Shown one piece after another: positions 55,190 to 64,000 of a stretch of 64,000 nucleotides of DNA. A program made the translations under genes and the position numbers. The DNA lies in NCBI GenBank assembly GCA_963847445.1, contig CAWJZV010000030.1, forward strand, positions 288,001 to 352,000, written 5' to 3'. This stretch comes from an uncultured delta proteobacterium (GTDB lineage Bacteria > Desulfobacterota > Binatia > UBA9968). The notes beneath the pieces were generated by a model. That model was not told the DNA's origin, did not search any database, and worked only from the letters and a program-made list of their open reading frames with translations. Within the stretch, counting starts at the first letter, position 1, and each line of letters starts with the position of its first letter.

Positions 55190-56046
55190 AGATATTTTCC
55201 TATAATGGGCCGCAAATCTTGCCGCAGTTTTTTAGCAATCGCCCGTCGATCGGTAATAATAGCATCCTTTAGCGCGCTCGCACAGCTGCAAAGGCGCGGC
55301 TCTGCCAGAGCGGCAAGCGCAGCGCCGATGGTGCGCCGCGCTAATGCAACATTATTATGCAATACGGCCAAGACCTGCTCGATTTCGACATCGCCGGCCT
55401 GCTCGTTCCAACAATCGTAGTCGGTGGCCAAGGCCAATGTGCCGAAACAGATCTCCGCTTCGCGGGCCAGCTTGGCTTCTTGCAAATTGGTCATGCCAAT
55501 CACATGCGCGCCCCAACTACGGTACAGATGCGACTCTGCCCGGGTCGAAAATTGCGGCCCTTCGATGCACAGGTAGGTTCCGCCGCGATGCACGGTGGCG
55601 CCCGCCTGCTCGGCCGATTGCACCAGAACCGCGGAGAGCTCTTGGCAAAATGGATCGGCCAGGCTGACATGGGCGGCCAGTCCCTTGCCAAAAAATGTAC
55701 TCGGCCGTTGGCTGGTGCGATCGATGAATTGATCGGGCACGACCAAATGGCCGGGAGCGATTTCCGCGCGCAGGCTGCCCACCGCGCTGACCGAGATAAT
55801 CCGCTCGACGCCCAACTTCTTCATGGCGAAAATATTCGCGCGAAAATTGACTTCCGTGGGCAGCCAGCGATGGCCTCTGCCGTGCCGCGGCAAAAACACC
55901 AGATCGATATTGCCGAGTTTGCCGCGCACGAGCTTGTCGGAGGGTTTGCCGAATGGCGTCGACACCGCCACTTCCCGTACCCCTTTGAGACCGTCCATCC
56001 GGTACAGCCCGCTGCCGCCGATCACGCCGACGATTGGAGGTTTCAT
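55186..56046 (-). CDS. mtnP: S-methyl-5'-thioadenosine phosphorylase
   Basis: GVIGGSG, PRHG, EGPQFSTRAES, GMTNLQEAKLAREAEI and TDYDCW. Confidence 0.93.
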   Translation of the reverse strand: MKPPIVGVIGGSGLYRMDGLKGVREVAVSTPFGKPSDKLVRGKLGNIDLVFLPRHGRGHRWLPTEVNFRANIFAMKKLGVERIISVSAVGSLRAEIAPGHLVVPDQFIDRTSQRPSTFFGKGLAAHVSLADPFCQELSAVLVQSAEQAGATVHRGGTYLCIEGPQFSTRAESHLYRSWGAHVIGMTNLQEAKLAREAEICFGTLALATDYDCWNEQAGDVEIEQVLAVLHNNVALARRTIGAALAALAEPRLCSCASALKDAIITDRRAIAKKLRQDLRPIIGKYL

Positions 56047-56050
56047 GTAT

Positions 56051-57130
56051 CTAGTTTGCCGCGACCGGCGCAACGGAGACGAGCAATTCCCGTTGTACCT
56101 GCCCCTGGAGTTGGCCGCAGGCCGCCGCGATATCGTCGCCACGCGGCCGGCGCACGTTGACTTGCAGCTTATGATCGAAAAGAACTTGTTGAAAGCGCTT
56201 GACGGCCTCATCGCTGGGCCGATGAAATTCGCTGCCCGGATGGGGATTGAACGGAATCAAGTTCACCTTGCTCGGCACGCCGCGTAACAGCCGGCAGAGC
56301 GCGGCGGCGTCCGCCAGCGAATCGTTCACGCCGCCGAGCAAGACATACTCGAAGGTGATCCGTTTGCGCCGCGGCAACGGCAGATTGCGGCAACAGTCGA
56401 TCAGCTGCTCGAGCGAGTACTTGCGGTTGATCGGCATCAAGCGGCCACGCAATTCCTCGGTGGCGGCGTGCAAAGAAATCGCCAGCGTGACGTTGGTTTG
56501 TTCCATCAACTTTTCGATTTGCGGGACCAAGCCGACAGTCGACAAGGTGATTTTCCGCGGCGCGATTCCCAGCCCCCAGGAGGCGTCGACCATGATTTCG
56601 ATGGCACGCAAGGTCTGCGCATAGTTGGCCAAGGGCTCGCCCATTCCCATGACGACGATATTGGATATCCGCCGGTCGTCAGACAGCGTGCGGCCGGCTT
56701 CGAGAATCTGCTCAACGATCTCGCCGCACGTGAGATTGCGCTTAAAACCCAAAAGCGCGGTGGCGCAGAAGGCACAGCCATAAGCGCAACCAACCTGAGT
56801 GGAAATACACAGGGTTAAGCGATGCTTTTCAGGAATTAAAACGCTCTCGATGCTTTGACCGTCGGCCAGGCCAAAGAGGAATTTTACCGTGCCGTCCTGG
56901 GCGTCATGGCGGCGCAGGATCGCTAACCGGCCGATGGTAAAAGACTTGTCCAGCTGCTCGCGCAAGGCAGCCGGCAGGTTGGTCATGGCCGCGAAGTCGG
57001 TGACGTGCTCACGGAACAGCCACTGGCAGATTTGTTTGGCGCGATAGGCAGGCTGCTTGGCCGCGGCGAGAAATTCAGCGAACTCGCTCGCGCTCAAATC
57101 CTTGATATTGGGCTTCTCGTCTGCCTTCAC
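56051..57130 (-). CDS. rlmN: 23S rRNA m2A2503/tRNA methyltransferase
   Basis: CISTQVGCAYGCAFC, MGMGEP, ISLHA and AACGQL. Confidence 0.96.
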   Translation of the reverse strand: MKADEKPNIKDLSASEFAEFLAAAKQPAYRAKQICQWLFREHVTDFAAMTNLPAALREQLDKSFTIGRLAILRRHDAQDGTVKFLFGLADGQSIESVLIPEKHRLTLCISTQVGCAYGCAFCATALLGFKRNLTCGEIVEQILEAGRTLSDDRRISNIVVMGMGEPLANYAQTLRAIEIMVDASWGLGIAPRKITLSTVGLVPQIEKLMEQTNVTLAISLHAATEELRGRLMPINRKYSLEQLIDCCRNLPLPRRKRITFEYVLLGGVNDSLADAAALCRLLRGVPSKVNLIPFNPHPGSEFHRPSDEAVKRFQQVLFDHKLQVNVRRPRGDDIAAACGQLQGQVQRELLVSVAPVAAN

Positions 57131-57156
57131 GTCAAACCAGCCAATATGGCAAAACC

Positions 57157-57576
57157 TTAAAACAATTCTTCAGGTTTAAAATAAAAAGCGATTTCAGAGG
57201 CGGCAGTCTCCGGCGCGTCTGAACCATGCACCGCGTTCTTCTCGATATCCTGGCCAAACTCCTGGCGAATCGTCCCTGGAGCGGCTTTTGCCGGGTCCGT
57301 CGCGCCCATCACTTCGCGATTCTTGGTGATCGCGTTATCGCCTTCGAGCACCGATACGAAGATCGGTCCAGATGACATGTAGTCACACAAGCCCTGAAAA
57401 AACGGCCGCGCTTTATGCACGGCATAAAAAGCCTGGGCTTGCTCGGGTGAGAGGCGAATCAATTTGCCGCCGGCGATTCTTAGCCCGGCGCTTTCGAATT
57501 TTCTCAGGATCGCGCCGATCAGGTTGCGTGCCACCGCGTCAGGTTTAACGATCGATAAGGTTCTTTCCATAGCCAT
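57157..57576 (-). CDS. ndk: Nucleoside diphosphate kinase
   Basis: [10 protein letters not shown] and NAVHGSD. Confidence 0.97.
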   Translation of the reverse strand: MAMERTLSIVKPDAVARNLIGAILRKFESAGLRIAGGKLIRLSPEQAQAFYAVHKARPFFQGLCDYMSSGPIFVSVLEGDNAITKNREVMGATDPAKAAPGTIRQEFGQDIEKNAVHGSDAPETAASEIAFYFKPEELF

Positions 57577-57577
57577 A

Positions 57578-58450
57578 TTACTTTCCTAGTGCCTCCTGCA
57601 TTGAGCGACCGATTTCCGCCGGCGACGACGCCATGCGAATATTCGCTTGTTGCATCGCTGTGACTTTCTCCCTCGCCGTACCCTTGCCGCCGGAGATGAT
57701 CGCGCCGGCGTGGCCCATGCGTTTTCCAGACGGTGCCGTCTGGCCGGCGATAAATCCGGCCATGGGCTTTGTCATATGCGATTTAATCCACACCGCCGCT
57801 TCCTCTTCCGAGCTGCCGCCGATCTCACCGATCATCACCACCGCTTCGGTTGCCGGATCGTCGTTGAACAATTTCAAGACATCGACGAAGTCGAAACCAT
57901 GCACCGGATCGCCGCCGATGCCAACACAGGTCGATTGGCCCAGACCCAGGCGGGTCAGCTGGTCGACCGCTTCGTAGGTCAACGTGCCGCTGCGCGAGAC
58001 CACACCGATGCTCCCTGGGCGGTGAATATGGCCCGGCATGATGCCGATCTTGCACTCACCAGGGGTAATCGTCCCTGGACAATTGGGGCCAAGCAGCTGC
58101 GAGGTTCGGCCGGCGAGAAAGCGCTTGACCTTAACCATGTCGCGCACCGGCACACCCTCGGTGATACATATGATCAACGGGATGTTGGCATCGGCGGCTT
58201 CAAGAATCGCATCCGCGGCAAACGGCGGCGGCACATAAATGACCGTGGCATTGGCGCCGGTTTCACGCACCGCTTGGTCGACGGTATCGAAGATCGGAAT
58301 CCCCTCGTAGGCCGTGCCGCCCTTCCCCGGCGTCACTCCGGCGACCATTTGCGTGCCATACTCTTGGCACGCTTTGGTGTGAAACTGGCCGGTCGCGCCG
58401 GTGATGCCTTGGGTCAAAACCCGCGTGTTCTTGTTAACTAGAATGGCCAT
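57578..58450 (-). CDS. sucD: Succinyl-CoA synthetase alpha
   Basis: [20 protein letters not shown] and RMGHAGA. Confidence 0.97.
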   Translation of the reverse strand: MAILVNKNTRVLTQGITGATGQFHTKACQEYGTQMVAGVTPGKGGTAYEGIPIFDTVDQAVRETGANATVIYVPPPFAADAILEAADANIPLIICITEGVPVRDMVKVKRFLAGRTSQLLGPNCPGTITPGECKIGIMPGHIHRPGSIGVVSRSGTLTYEAVDQLTRLGLGQSTCVGIGGDPVHGFDFVDVLKLFNDDPATEAVVMIGEIGGSSEEEAAVWIKSHMTKPMAGFIAGQTAPSGKRMGHAGAIISGGKGTAREKVTAMQQANIRMASSPAEIGRSMQEALGK

Positions 58451-58456
58451 GAATTT

Positions 58457-58565
58457 ATTTTGGATTTTCGCTTTTAGACTTTAGATTATCGGACAAATTC
58501 ACTAACGCCGTAAGCCTTTTCTCTACGTTTCCCTAATCCAAAATCGGCAATCCAAAATCCAAAAT
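58457..58565. repeat. 7-bp-period inverted tandem repeat hairpin (ATTTTGG / CCAAAAT)
   Basis: ATTTTGG ATTTTCG CTTTTAG ACTTTAG, a spacer, then AATCCAA AATCGGC AATCCAA AATCCAA. Lies between sucC and sucD. Confidence 0.8.
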
Positions 58566-59725
58566 TACTTGATTGCGTTGACGATTTTCTCCGCCGCTTC
58601 CGCCATGGTGTCCGCAGAAATGATGGTAAGCCCGGAATCGGCGAGAATTTTTCTTCCCTGCTCGACATTGGTCCCTTGCATGCGCACGACCAGCGGCACC
58701 TTGATGCTCAACTCCCTGGCGGCATCCACCACCCCCTGGGCCAACACATCGCAACGCATGATCCCGCCGAAAATATTGATCAGCACGCCCTTGACGCGCT
58801 CATCGGCGAGCAAGATGCGGAAGGCGTTGGCGACCTTCTCCTTGTCCGCGCCGCCGCCGACATCGAGAAAATTGGCCGGCTCGCCGCCATACACTTTGAC
58901 GATGTCCATGGTCGCCATCGCCAGGCCGGCGCCATTCACCATGCAAGCGATGTTGCCGTCGAGGGAAATATACGACAGATCGAACTTGCTCGCCTCCACT
59001 TCGCGCGGATCTTCTTCATCGGTATCGCGCAGAGCGAGGATATCCTTTTGGCGAAAGAAGGCGTTGCTGTCGAAGTTCATTTTTGCATCGAGGGCGAGCA
59101 CCTGGCCCTCTTTGGTGAGGATCAAAGGGTTGATCTCCGCCAGCGCTGCGTCACACTCATCAAAGGCGCGGTAGAGCCCCTGCATGGCGCCGATGAACTT
59201 ACCCGTGAGCGCGGCGGGAATCCCTAATGCAAAAGCGATGCGCCGGCACTGAAACGCCGCCAAACCGATCACCGGGTCGATGGTCTCTTTGAGGATTTTT
59301 TCCGGATGTTTTTCGGCGACCTCTTCGATCTCGACGCCACCCTCCGACGAACAAATGACGGTGACCCGGGATTGCGCGCGATCCAGCACCATGGCGAGAT
59401 ACAGCTCGCGGGCGATATTGAGCCCCTGTTCGACCAACACCCGGCGCACCAGACGGCCTTCTGGACCGGTTTGATGGGTCACCAGATTCTTGCCGAGCAT
59501 GTCACCGGCTCTTGCCGCGGCTTCGTCCGGGGTTTTGACGACCTTGACGCCGCCACCCTTACCACGGCCGCCGGCGTGAATCTGCGCTTTGACCACGCAG
59601 ACGCCGCCGCCGAGATCCTGGGCAGCCTGCTTCGCCTCTGCCGGCGTTGAGGCAACGATGCTGCGCGGCACGACTACGCCGAAACGCTTGAGGATTTCCT
59701 TGGCTTGGAATTCGTGAATATTCAT
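58565..59725 (-). CDS. sucC: Succinyl-CoA synthetase beta
   Basis: [34 protein letters not shown] and NIFGGI. Confidence 0.97.
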   Translation of the reverse strand: MNIHEFQAKEILKRFGVVVPRSIVASTPAEAKQAAQDLGGGVCVVKAQIHAGGRGKGGGVKVVKTPDEAAARAGDMLGKNLVTHQTGPEGRLVRRVLVEQGLNIARELYLAMVLDRAQSRVTVICSSEGGVEIEEVAEKHPEKILKETIDPVIGLAAFQCRRIAFALGIPAALTGKFIGAMQGLYRAFDECDAALAEINPLILTKEGQVLALDAKMNFDSNAFFRQKDILALRDTDEEDPREVEASKFDLSYISLDGNIACMVNGAGLAMATMDIVKVYGGEPANFLDVGGGADKEKVANAFRILLADERVKGVLINIFGGIMRCDVLAQGVVDAARELSIKVPLVVRMQGTNVEQGRKILADSGLTIISADTMAEAAEKIVNAIK

Positions 59726-59731
59726 GGCCGA

Positions 59732-59797
59732 AGATAGAGAAGGGAGAGAGACCGAGAGTTGGCCCGAGCTTATATCTCTGTCTCTATACTCTGTCTG
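59732..59797. repeat. Degenerate 8-bp-period AG/CT inverted repeat between mdh and sucC
   Basis: GATAGAGAAGGGAGAGAGACCGAGAG ... TATCTCTGTCTCTATACTCTGTCTG. Confidence 0.45.
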
Positions 59798-59800
59798 TTG

Positions 59801-60745
59801 TTACGCCACGCTCAGAACGCGGTCCATCGCCTGAACGATATCCTTGACATGATTGAGCGATTCGTCGAAGGCCTTCTTATCTGCGGCGTTCAAACCGATG
59901 TCGATGATTTTCTCGACACCGCCGGCGCCGATCTGCACCGGCACACAGAAGTAATAACCGTTAACGCCATACTCCCCTTCCAACAATGCCGCGCACGGCA
60001 GCAGCTCTTTCTTGTCGAAGAGAAACGCCTCGGTCATTTGAATCGCCGCCGACGCCGGTGAAAAATAGGCCGAGCCGGTCTTCAATAGAGCGACGACTTC
60101 ACCGCCGGCATTGCGCACCCGCGCTTCGATTTCATCGAGACGCGCGCCGGAAATCAACTTCTCCACCGGCACGCCGCCGATACTGCACGAGCTGCGCACC
60201 GGCACCATATCGTCACCGTGGCCGCCCAACACCATCGCCTGAACGCTCTTGACCGAAACGTTCAGCTCTTTGGCGATGAACGACCGATAACGCGACGAAT
60301 CGAGAATCCCCGATTGGCCGACCACGCGGTTCTTGGGGAAACCGAGCTTGCGCTGCATCAAAGTCACCATCGCATCCAACGGGTTGGTGATGACGATGAC
60401 AAACGAATTCGCCGCATGGGTCTTGATGCCCTCGGCCACCGAGCTGAGAATCTTGCAGTTGGTGCCGAGCAGGTCGTCCCGGCTCATGCCCGGCTTGCGC
60501 GCGATACCGGCGGTGACGATACAGACATCGGCGCCGGCGATATCTTCATACTTGTTGGTGCCCATGACATTGCCGTCGAACCCTTCAACGGGACCGGCAT
60601 GCGAAAGGTCGAGGGCTTTACCTTGGGGCAAGCCGTCGACGACATCGAACAACACCACATCGCCCAATCCCTTGAGCAGCGCCAGGTGGGCCATCGAACC
60701 GCCGATGTTGCCGGCGCCAATTAAAGCAATCTTTTTCCTAGCCAC
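59801..60745 (-). CDS. mdh: Malate dehydrogenase (LDH-like)
   Basis: [20 protein letters not shown] and GGHGD. Confidence 0.95.
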   Translation of the reverse strand: MARKKIALIGAGNIGGSMAHLALLKGLGDVVLFDVVDGLPQGKALDLSHAGPVEGFDGNVMGTNKYEDIAGADVCIVTAGIARKPGMSRDDLLGTNCKILSSVAEGIKTHAANSFVIVITNPLDAMVTLMQRKLGFPKNRVVGQSGILDSSRYRSFIAKELNVSVKSVQAMVLGGHGDDMVPVRSSCSIGGVPVEKLISGARLDEIEARVRNAGGEVVALLKTGSAYFSPASAAIQMTEAFLFDKKELLPCAALLEGEYGVNGYYFCVPVQIGAGGVEKIIDIGLNAADKKAFDESLNHVKDIVQAMDRVLSVA

Positions 60746-60765
60746 AACTTTATCCTCTTCGAAAG

Positions 60766-62172
60766 TTACATATTGGCGATAATCGCGTCGCCGAATCCAG
60801 AGCAGGTAACGAGTTTCGAACCCGGCATAAGCCGCTCGAAATCGTAAGTCACGGTCTTGTTATCGACCGCCCCTTCGATGCCTTTGATGATCAAGTCAGC
60901 CGCTTCGCCCCACCCCATATAGCGGAGCATCATTTCGCCGGAGAGAATTACCGAACCTGGATTCACCTTATCGAGATCCGCATACTTCGGCGCCGTGCCG
61001 TGAGTCGCTTCGAACACCGCGTGGCCGGACTCGTAATTGATATTCGCGCCCGGGGCGATGCCGATGCCGCCGACCTGGGCCGCGAGGGCATCCGAGAGAT
61101 AATCGCCATTCAAGTTTAGCGTCGCGATGACATCGTAATCCTTGGGCCGGATGAGCACGAACTGTAGCGTCACGTCGGCGATGGAGTCTTTGAGCATCAG
61201 CTTGGACTTCCATTTACCGTCGCCGTGGGTCGGCCAGAGCTTGAGCGCTTCTTCGACTTCTTTCTTAATATCATTCTGTTGGTCCGGCGACATCATGTCA
61301 AAACCAGGATCGATCGCCTTGGCATTATCGGCAACACTGATATTCGGGTTTGCCTCTTTGTTACCCAAGATCCACGACTCGCGTTCGGCGATCACGTCGC
61401 CGCGAAATTCGCGCTTGGCGAGGGCATAGCCCCATTCCATGAATGAGCCCTCGGTGTATTTCATGATGTTGCCCTTATGGACAAAGTTAATATTCTTGCG
61501 CTTATTGACCAGCGCCCATTGAATTGCCGCGCGCACCAAGCGTTCGGTGCCCTCGACGGAAACCGGCTTCAAGCCAACGGATGCCGTGTCGGGAAAGCGA
61601 ATCTTGGCATATTCCTTGGGAAAATTTTCTTTGAGCAGCGATTTGAACTTGGCGTTGGCCTCGGTGCCGTTGGGAAACTCGATGCCCGTGTAAATGTCTT
61701 CGGTGTTTTCGCGAAAAACCACCATATCGACAAATTCAGGATGCTTCACCGGCGAAGGCACGCCTTTAAAATAACGCACGGGCCGCAGGCATACGTAAAG
61801 ATCGAGCAATTTTCGTAGACCGACGTTTAATGAAGTCATACCGCCGCCGATCGGTGTGGTCAGGGGCCCCTTGATGCCAACCAGAAATTCCGTAAAGGCC
61901 GGCACGGTTTCTTCGTGCAACCAACTGTTATACTGCTTAAACGACTTCTCACCGGCGTAGACTTCCATCCAGTGGATCTTCTTTTTGCCGCCGTACGCCT
62001 TCTGCACAGCCGAATCGAATACGCGCACCGACGCGCGCCAGATATCGCGCCCCGTGCCATCGCCTTCGATAAACGGAATGACCGGATTATCCGGGACCTG
62101 AAGTTTCTTGTTGGGCCCCATGGTGATCTTGGCGCCGCCAGCCGGAACTTTTACCACTTTGTAATCTGCCAT
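60766..62172 (-). CDS. icd: NADP-dependent isocitrate dehydrogenase (dimeric type, with insertion)
   Basis: [35 protein letters not shown] and [10 protein letters not shown]. Confidence 0.96.
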   Translation of the reverse strand: MADYKVVKVPAGGAKITMGPNKKLQVPDNPVIPFIEGDGTGRDIWRASVRVFDSAVQKAYGGKKKIHWMEVYAGEKSFKQYNSWLHEETVPAFTEFLVGIKGPLTTPIGGGMTSLNVGLRKLLDLYVCLRPVRYFKGVPSPVKHPEFVDMVVFRENTEDIYTGIEFPNGTEANAKFKSLLKENFPKEYAKIRFPDTASVGLKPVSVEGTERLVRAAIQWALVNKRKNINFVHKGNIMKYTEGSFMEWGYALAKREFRGDVIAERESWILGNKEANPNISVADNAKAIDPGFDMMSPDQQNDIKKEVEEALKLWPTHGDGKWKSKLMLKDSIADVTLQFVLIRPKDYDVIATLNLNGDYLSDALAAQVGGIGIAPGANINYESGHAVFEATHGTAPKYADLDKVNPGSVILSGEMMLRYMGWGEAADLIIKGIEGAVDNKTVTYDFERLMPGSKLVTCSGFGDAIIANM

Positions 62173-62187
62173 AATCTCCTCACGTGC

Positions 62188-62231
62188 AAAAAAAGCCTAA
62201 GAGCGTCGAGCGATTCCGCGCGCTTTAGGCT
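62188..62231 (-). terminator. Terminator-like hairpin + U7 immediately upstream of the icd RBS
   Basis: AGCCTAA(G)AGCG / CGCT-TTAGGCT stem, followed on the minus strand by T7. Confidence 0.45.
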
Positions 62232-62300
62232 ATTTGCGTAATTCTAGATTTTGAACTGCTCGAAACTAACTGATTAACTATTGGGAGTCAAGGTGACTAA

Positions 62301-62975
62301 CTACTCGCTTTTCTTCTGCTCTAACCACTTTTCAAGTAACCGGCCGGCGACCTCGCGGCCACCTAAGCCGAAAGCCAAGGCAAGCGCCAAACAGGCGGCG
62401 CCAAACACCAAGATGAACGCCCAAATGACGATCTCCGAGGCGATATCGAGGATCTCGAAAATCCCGGCAACGACAAAAATCGTCGTACCGATATAGGTCG
62501 CCCGGCCGATGGATTCAGCGGCTTCCAAGCCGGCATTGGCGCAAGAAGTCCGCGTCACCGACTCGAGAAAATTGGCGAAGTAAAGTCCCAAAATCAACGT
62601 TACCAGGGCAGCGACGATCTTGGGGATGTAGAGATAGATGGTATGGAGCGTATCGGTGGCGCCGCTCAAATTGAGGGTCTCGAGCGTGGTAACGATGGCG
62701 ATCAGGAAGAGAAACCAAAACGCCAACAGGCCGACGATGTCCGATGCCGTCTGGCGCACGCCGCCCCGTTCGAGGATCCGCTTGATGCCGGAGCGTTCCG
62801 CCAGGGTATCGAACTGGCAGAGTTTCAACAGCCGGACGACCACCCGTTTAATCACGTTACAAACCACCCAACCGAGCAAGATAATCGCCACGGCGAACAG
62901 CAAGTTGGGTAGAAACACCGCTATCTTCGTAACGAATGCGTCCCAAAAGCCGGTGACCGTAACCACGGGATTCAT
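62301..62975 (-). CDS. TM-helix repeat membrane protein (CmpX/MscS-associated type)
   Basis: FLPNLLFAVAIILLGW, YIPKIVAA and ALAFGLGGRE. Confidence 0.8.
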   Translation of the reverse strand: MNPVVTVTGFWDAFVTKIAVFLPNLLFAVAIILLGWVVCNVIKRVVVRLLKLCQFDTLAERSGIKRILERGGVRQTASDIVGLLAFWFLFLIAIVTTLETLNLSGATDTLHTIYLYIPKIVAALVTLILGLYFANFLESVTRTSCANAGLEAAESIGRATYIGTTIFVVAGIFEILDIASEIVIWAFILVFGAACLALALAFGLGGREVAGRLLEKWLEQKKSE

Positions 62976-63077
62976 TGATTCCTCCTATTTGACTGCCTAT
63001 TGATGCAGTATTTACATAGTGGTCTCCGCCTTAAAAAGTCAACCAAACGGCCGAAAGAAACAATATTATCTCGCTGC

Positions 63078-63106
63078 TTGAATCCAGCACTGGCGCTCAC
63101 TATAGT
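63078..63106 (+). promoter_or_regulatory. Putative sigma70 promoter for the ccm operon
   Basis: TTGAAT-N17-TATAGT. Confidence 0.4.
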
Positions 63107-63171
63107 CGAGCCGCTCGCAGCGCGAAGCGAATCTCGCCGGGCTTCGATGGATTGAAACTTGGGATCGACAC

Positions 63172-63879
63172 TTGCGCCTAATCGTTAACCAGCTCGCCAA
63201 AGCCTATGGCTACTTGTGGGCGCTGCGCCCCCTCGATCTCGAACTCGTGCCCGGCGAGTTCGTCGCCCTGCTCGGCCCCAACGGCGCCGGCAAGACGACG
63301 CTGCTGCGACTCCTGGCCGGCCTGTCCACGCCAACGGCCGGGAGCATCGAGCTCGACGGCAAAACCCTCGCTGCAAATTCCGCCACCCTGCGCGGCCAAA
63401 TCGGTCTGCTCGCCCCGGCCGACCATCTCTACGATCAACTTACGGTTTTAGAAAACCTCCGGTTCTTCACCGCGCTTTATGGCAAAGAGCACCAAAGGCA
63501 CGCCTTGGCGGCAGTATTGGAAGAAGTCGGCCTGGCGACCCGCGCCGATGAGTTCACCGGCAACCTTTCGGCCGGCATGAAATGCCGCCTGTCCATCGCC
63601 AAATGGCGCCTGCTCGAACCCGGCTTACTCCTCCTCGACGAACCCTACGGCGTCCTCGATGGCAGCGGTGTCGACCTGTTGGAAGAATTCTTACGGCAAC
63701 AATGCGCCAAGGGTCGCATCGTCATCATGGCTTCCCATCATGTGTCGCGCGCCGTCAACCTGTGCAGCCGCGCCCTGGTGCTGCATCAGGGACGGTTGAG
63801 TTTTAACCAGGCCAAGCAGGTCCCCTGGCCAAGTTTCGATCGCGCCTTTGGCGAATTTTTACCCCGCGGCGGCCTATGA
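63172..63879 (+). CDS. ccmA: Heme exporter ABC ATPase CcmA
   Basis: GPNGAGKTT, LSAGMK and LLLDEP; overlaps a CcmB-like start. Confidence 0.75.
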   Translation: MRLIVNQLAKAYGYLWALRPLDLELVPGEFVALLGPNGAGKTTLLRLLAGLSTPTAGSIELDGKTLAANSATLRGQIGLLAPADHLYDQLTVLENLRFFTALYGKEHQRHALAAVLEEVGLATRADEFTGNLSAGMKCRLSIAKWRLLEPGLLLLDEPYGVLDGSGVDLLEEFLRQQCAKGRIVIMASHHVSRAVNLCSRALVLHQGRLSFNQAKQVPWPSFDRAFGEFLPRGGL

Positions 63880-64000
63880 TCCTGCTCCGCCAGACATACT
63901 TGCTGTTGTCGAAAGACTTGCTGATCGAGCTGCGCCGGCGCGATAGCCTGTTGACGATGTTTTTTTTCGGCACGCTGCTCTTGTTCGTCTTTCACTTCGC
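63876..64000 (+). CDS. ccmB: Heme exporter permease CcmB, 3'-partial
   Basis: MILLRQTYLLLSKDLLIELRRRDSLLTMFFFGTLLLFVFHF (KDL..E.R motif). Confidence 0.75.
   Translation, partial: MILLRQTYLLLSKDLLIELRRRDSLLTMFFFGTLLLFVFHF

Overview
GC-rich (roughly 60% by eye) bacterial chromosomal segment. The gene order icd-mdh-sucCD-ndk-rlmN-mtnP, the orphan solute-binding proteins and the UbiD/XDH/COG1233 enzymes suggest a former Deltaproteobacterium such as Ca. Binatia; this is inference only. The right quarter (47.7-64 kb) is a housekeeping block: TCA cycle, ndk, rlmN, MTA salvage, nucleotide-sugar genes, lepA/lepB and ccmAB. The left three quarters are accessory. A ~13 kb island is bracketed by a 168-bp duplicated 3' end of an SDR gene and holds a peptide ABC transporter, a MetE-like enzyme, an AT-richer persulfide module and a HicAB remnant. 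Also present are catabolic operons, RavA/ViaA, an orphan Mo-hydroxylase subunit flanked by two copies of a nested palindromic MITE-like element, a long Lhr helicase and decayed toxin-antitoxin genes. The most striking non-coding signal is a recurrent architecture of (k-mer)n-spacer-(reverse-complement k-mer)n hairpins with periods of 7, 8 and 9 bp, plus an identical 31-bp 9-mer repeat found both intergenically and in-frame inside the Lhr gene. About 20 genes carry single-base frameshifts; those I checked are +1 insertions and are most likely sequencing or assembly errors. No tRNA, rRNA, CRISPR array, integrase or transposase was recognised.
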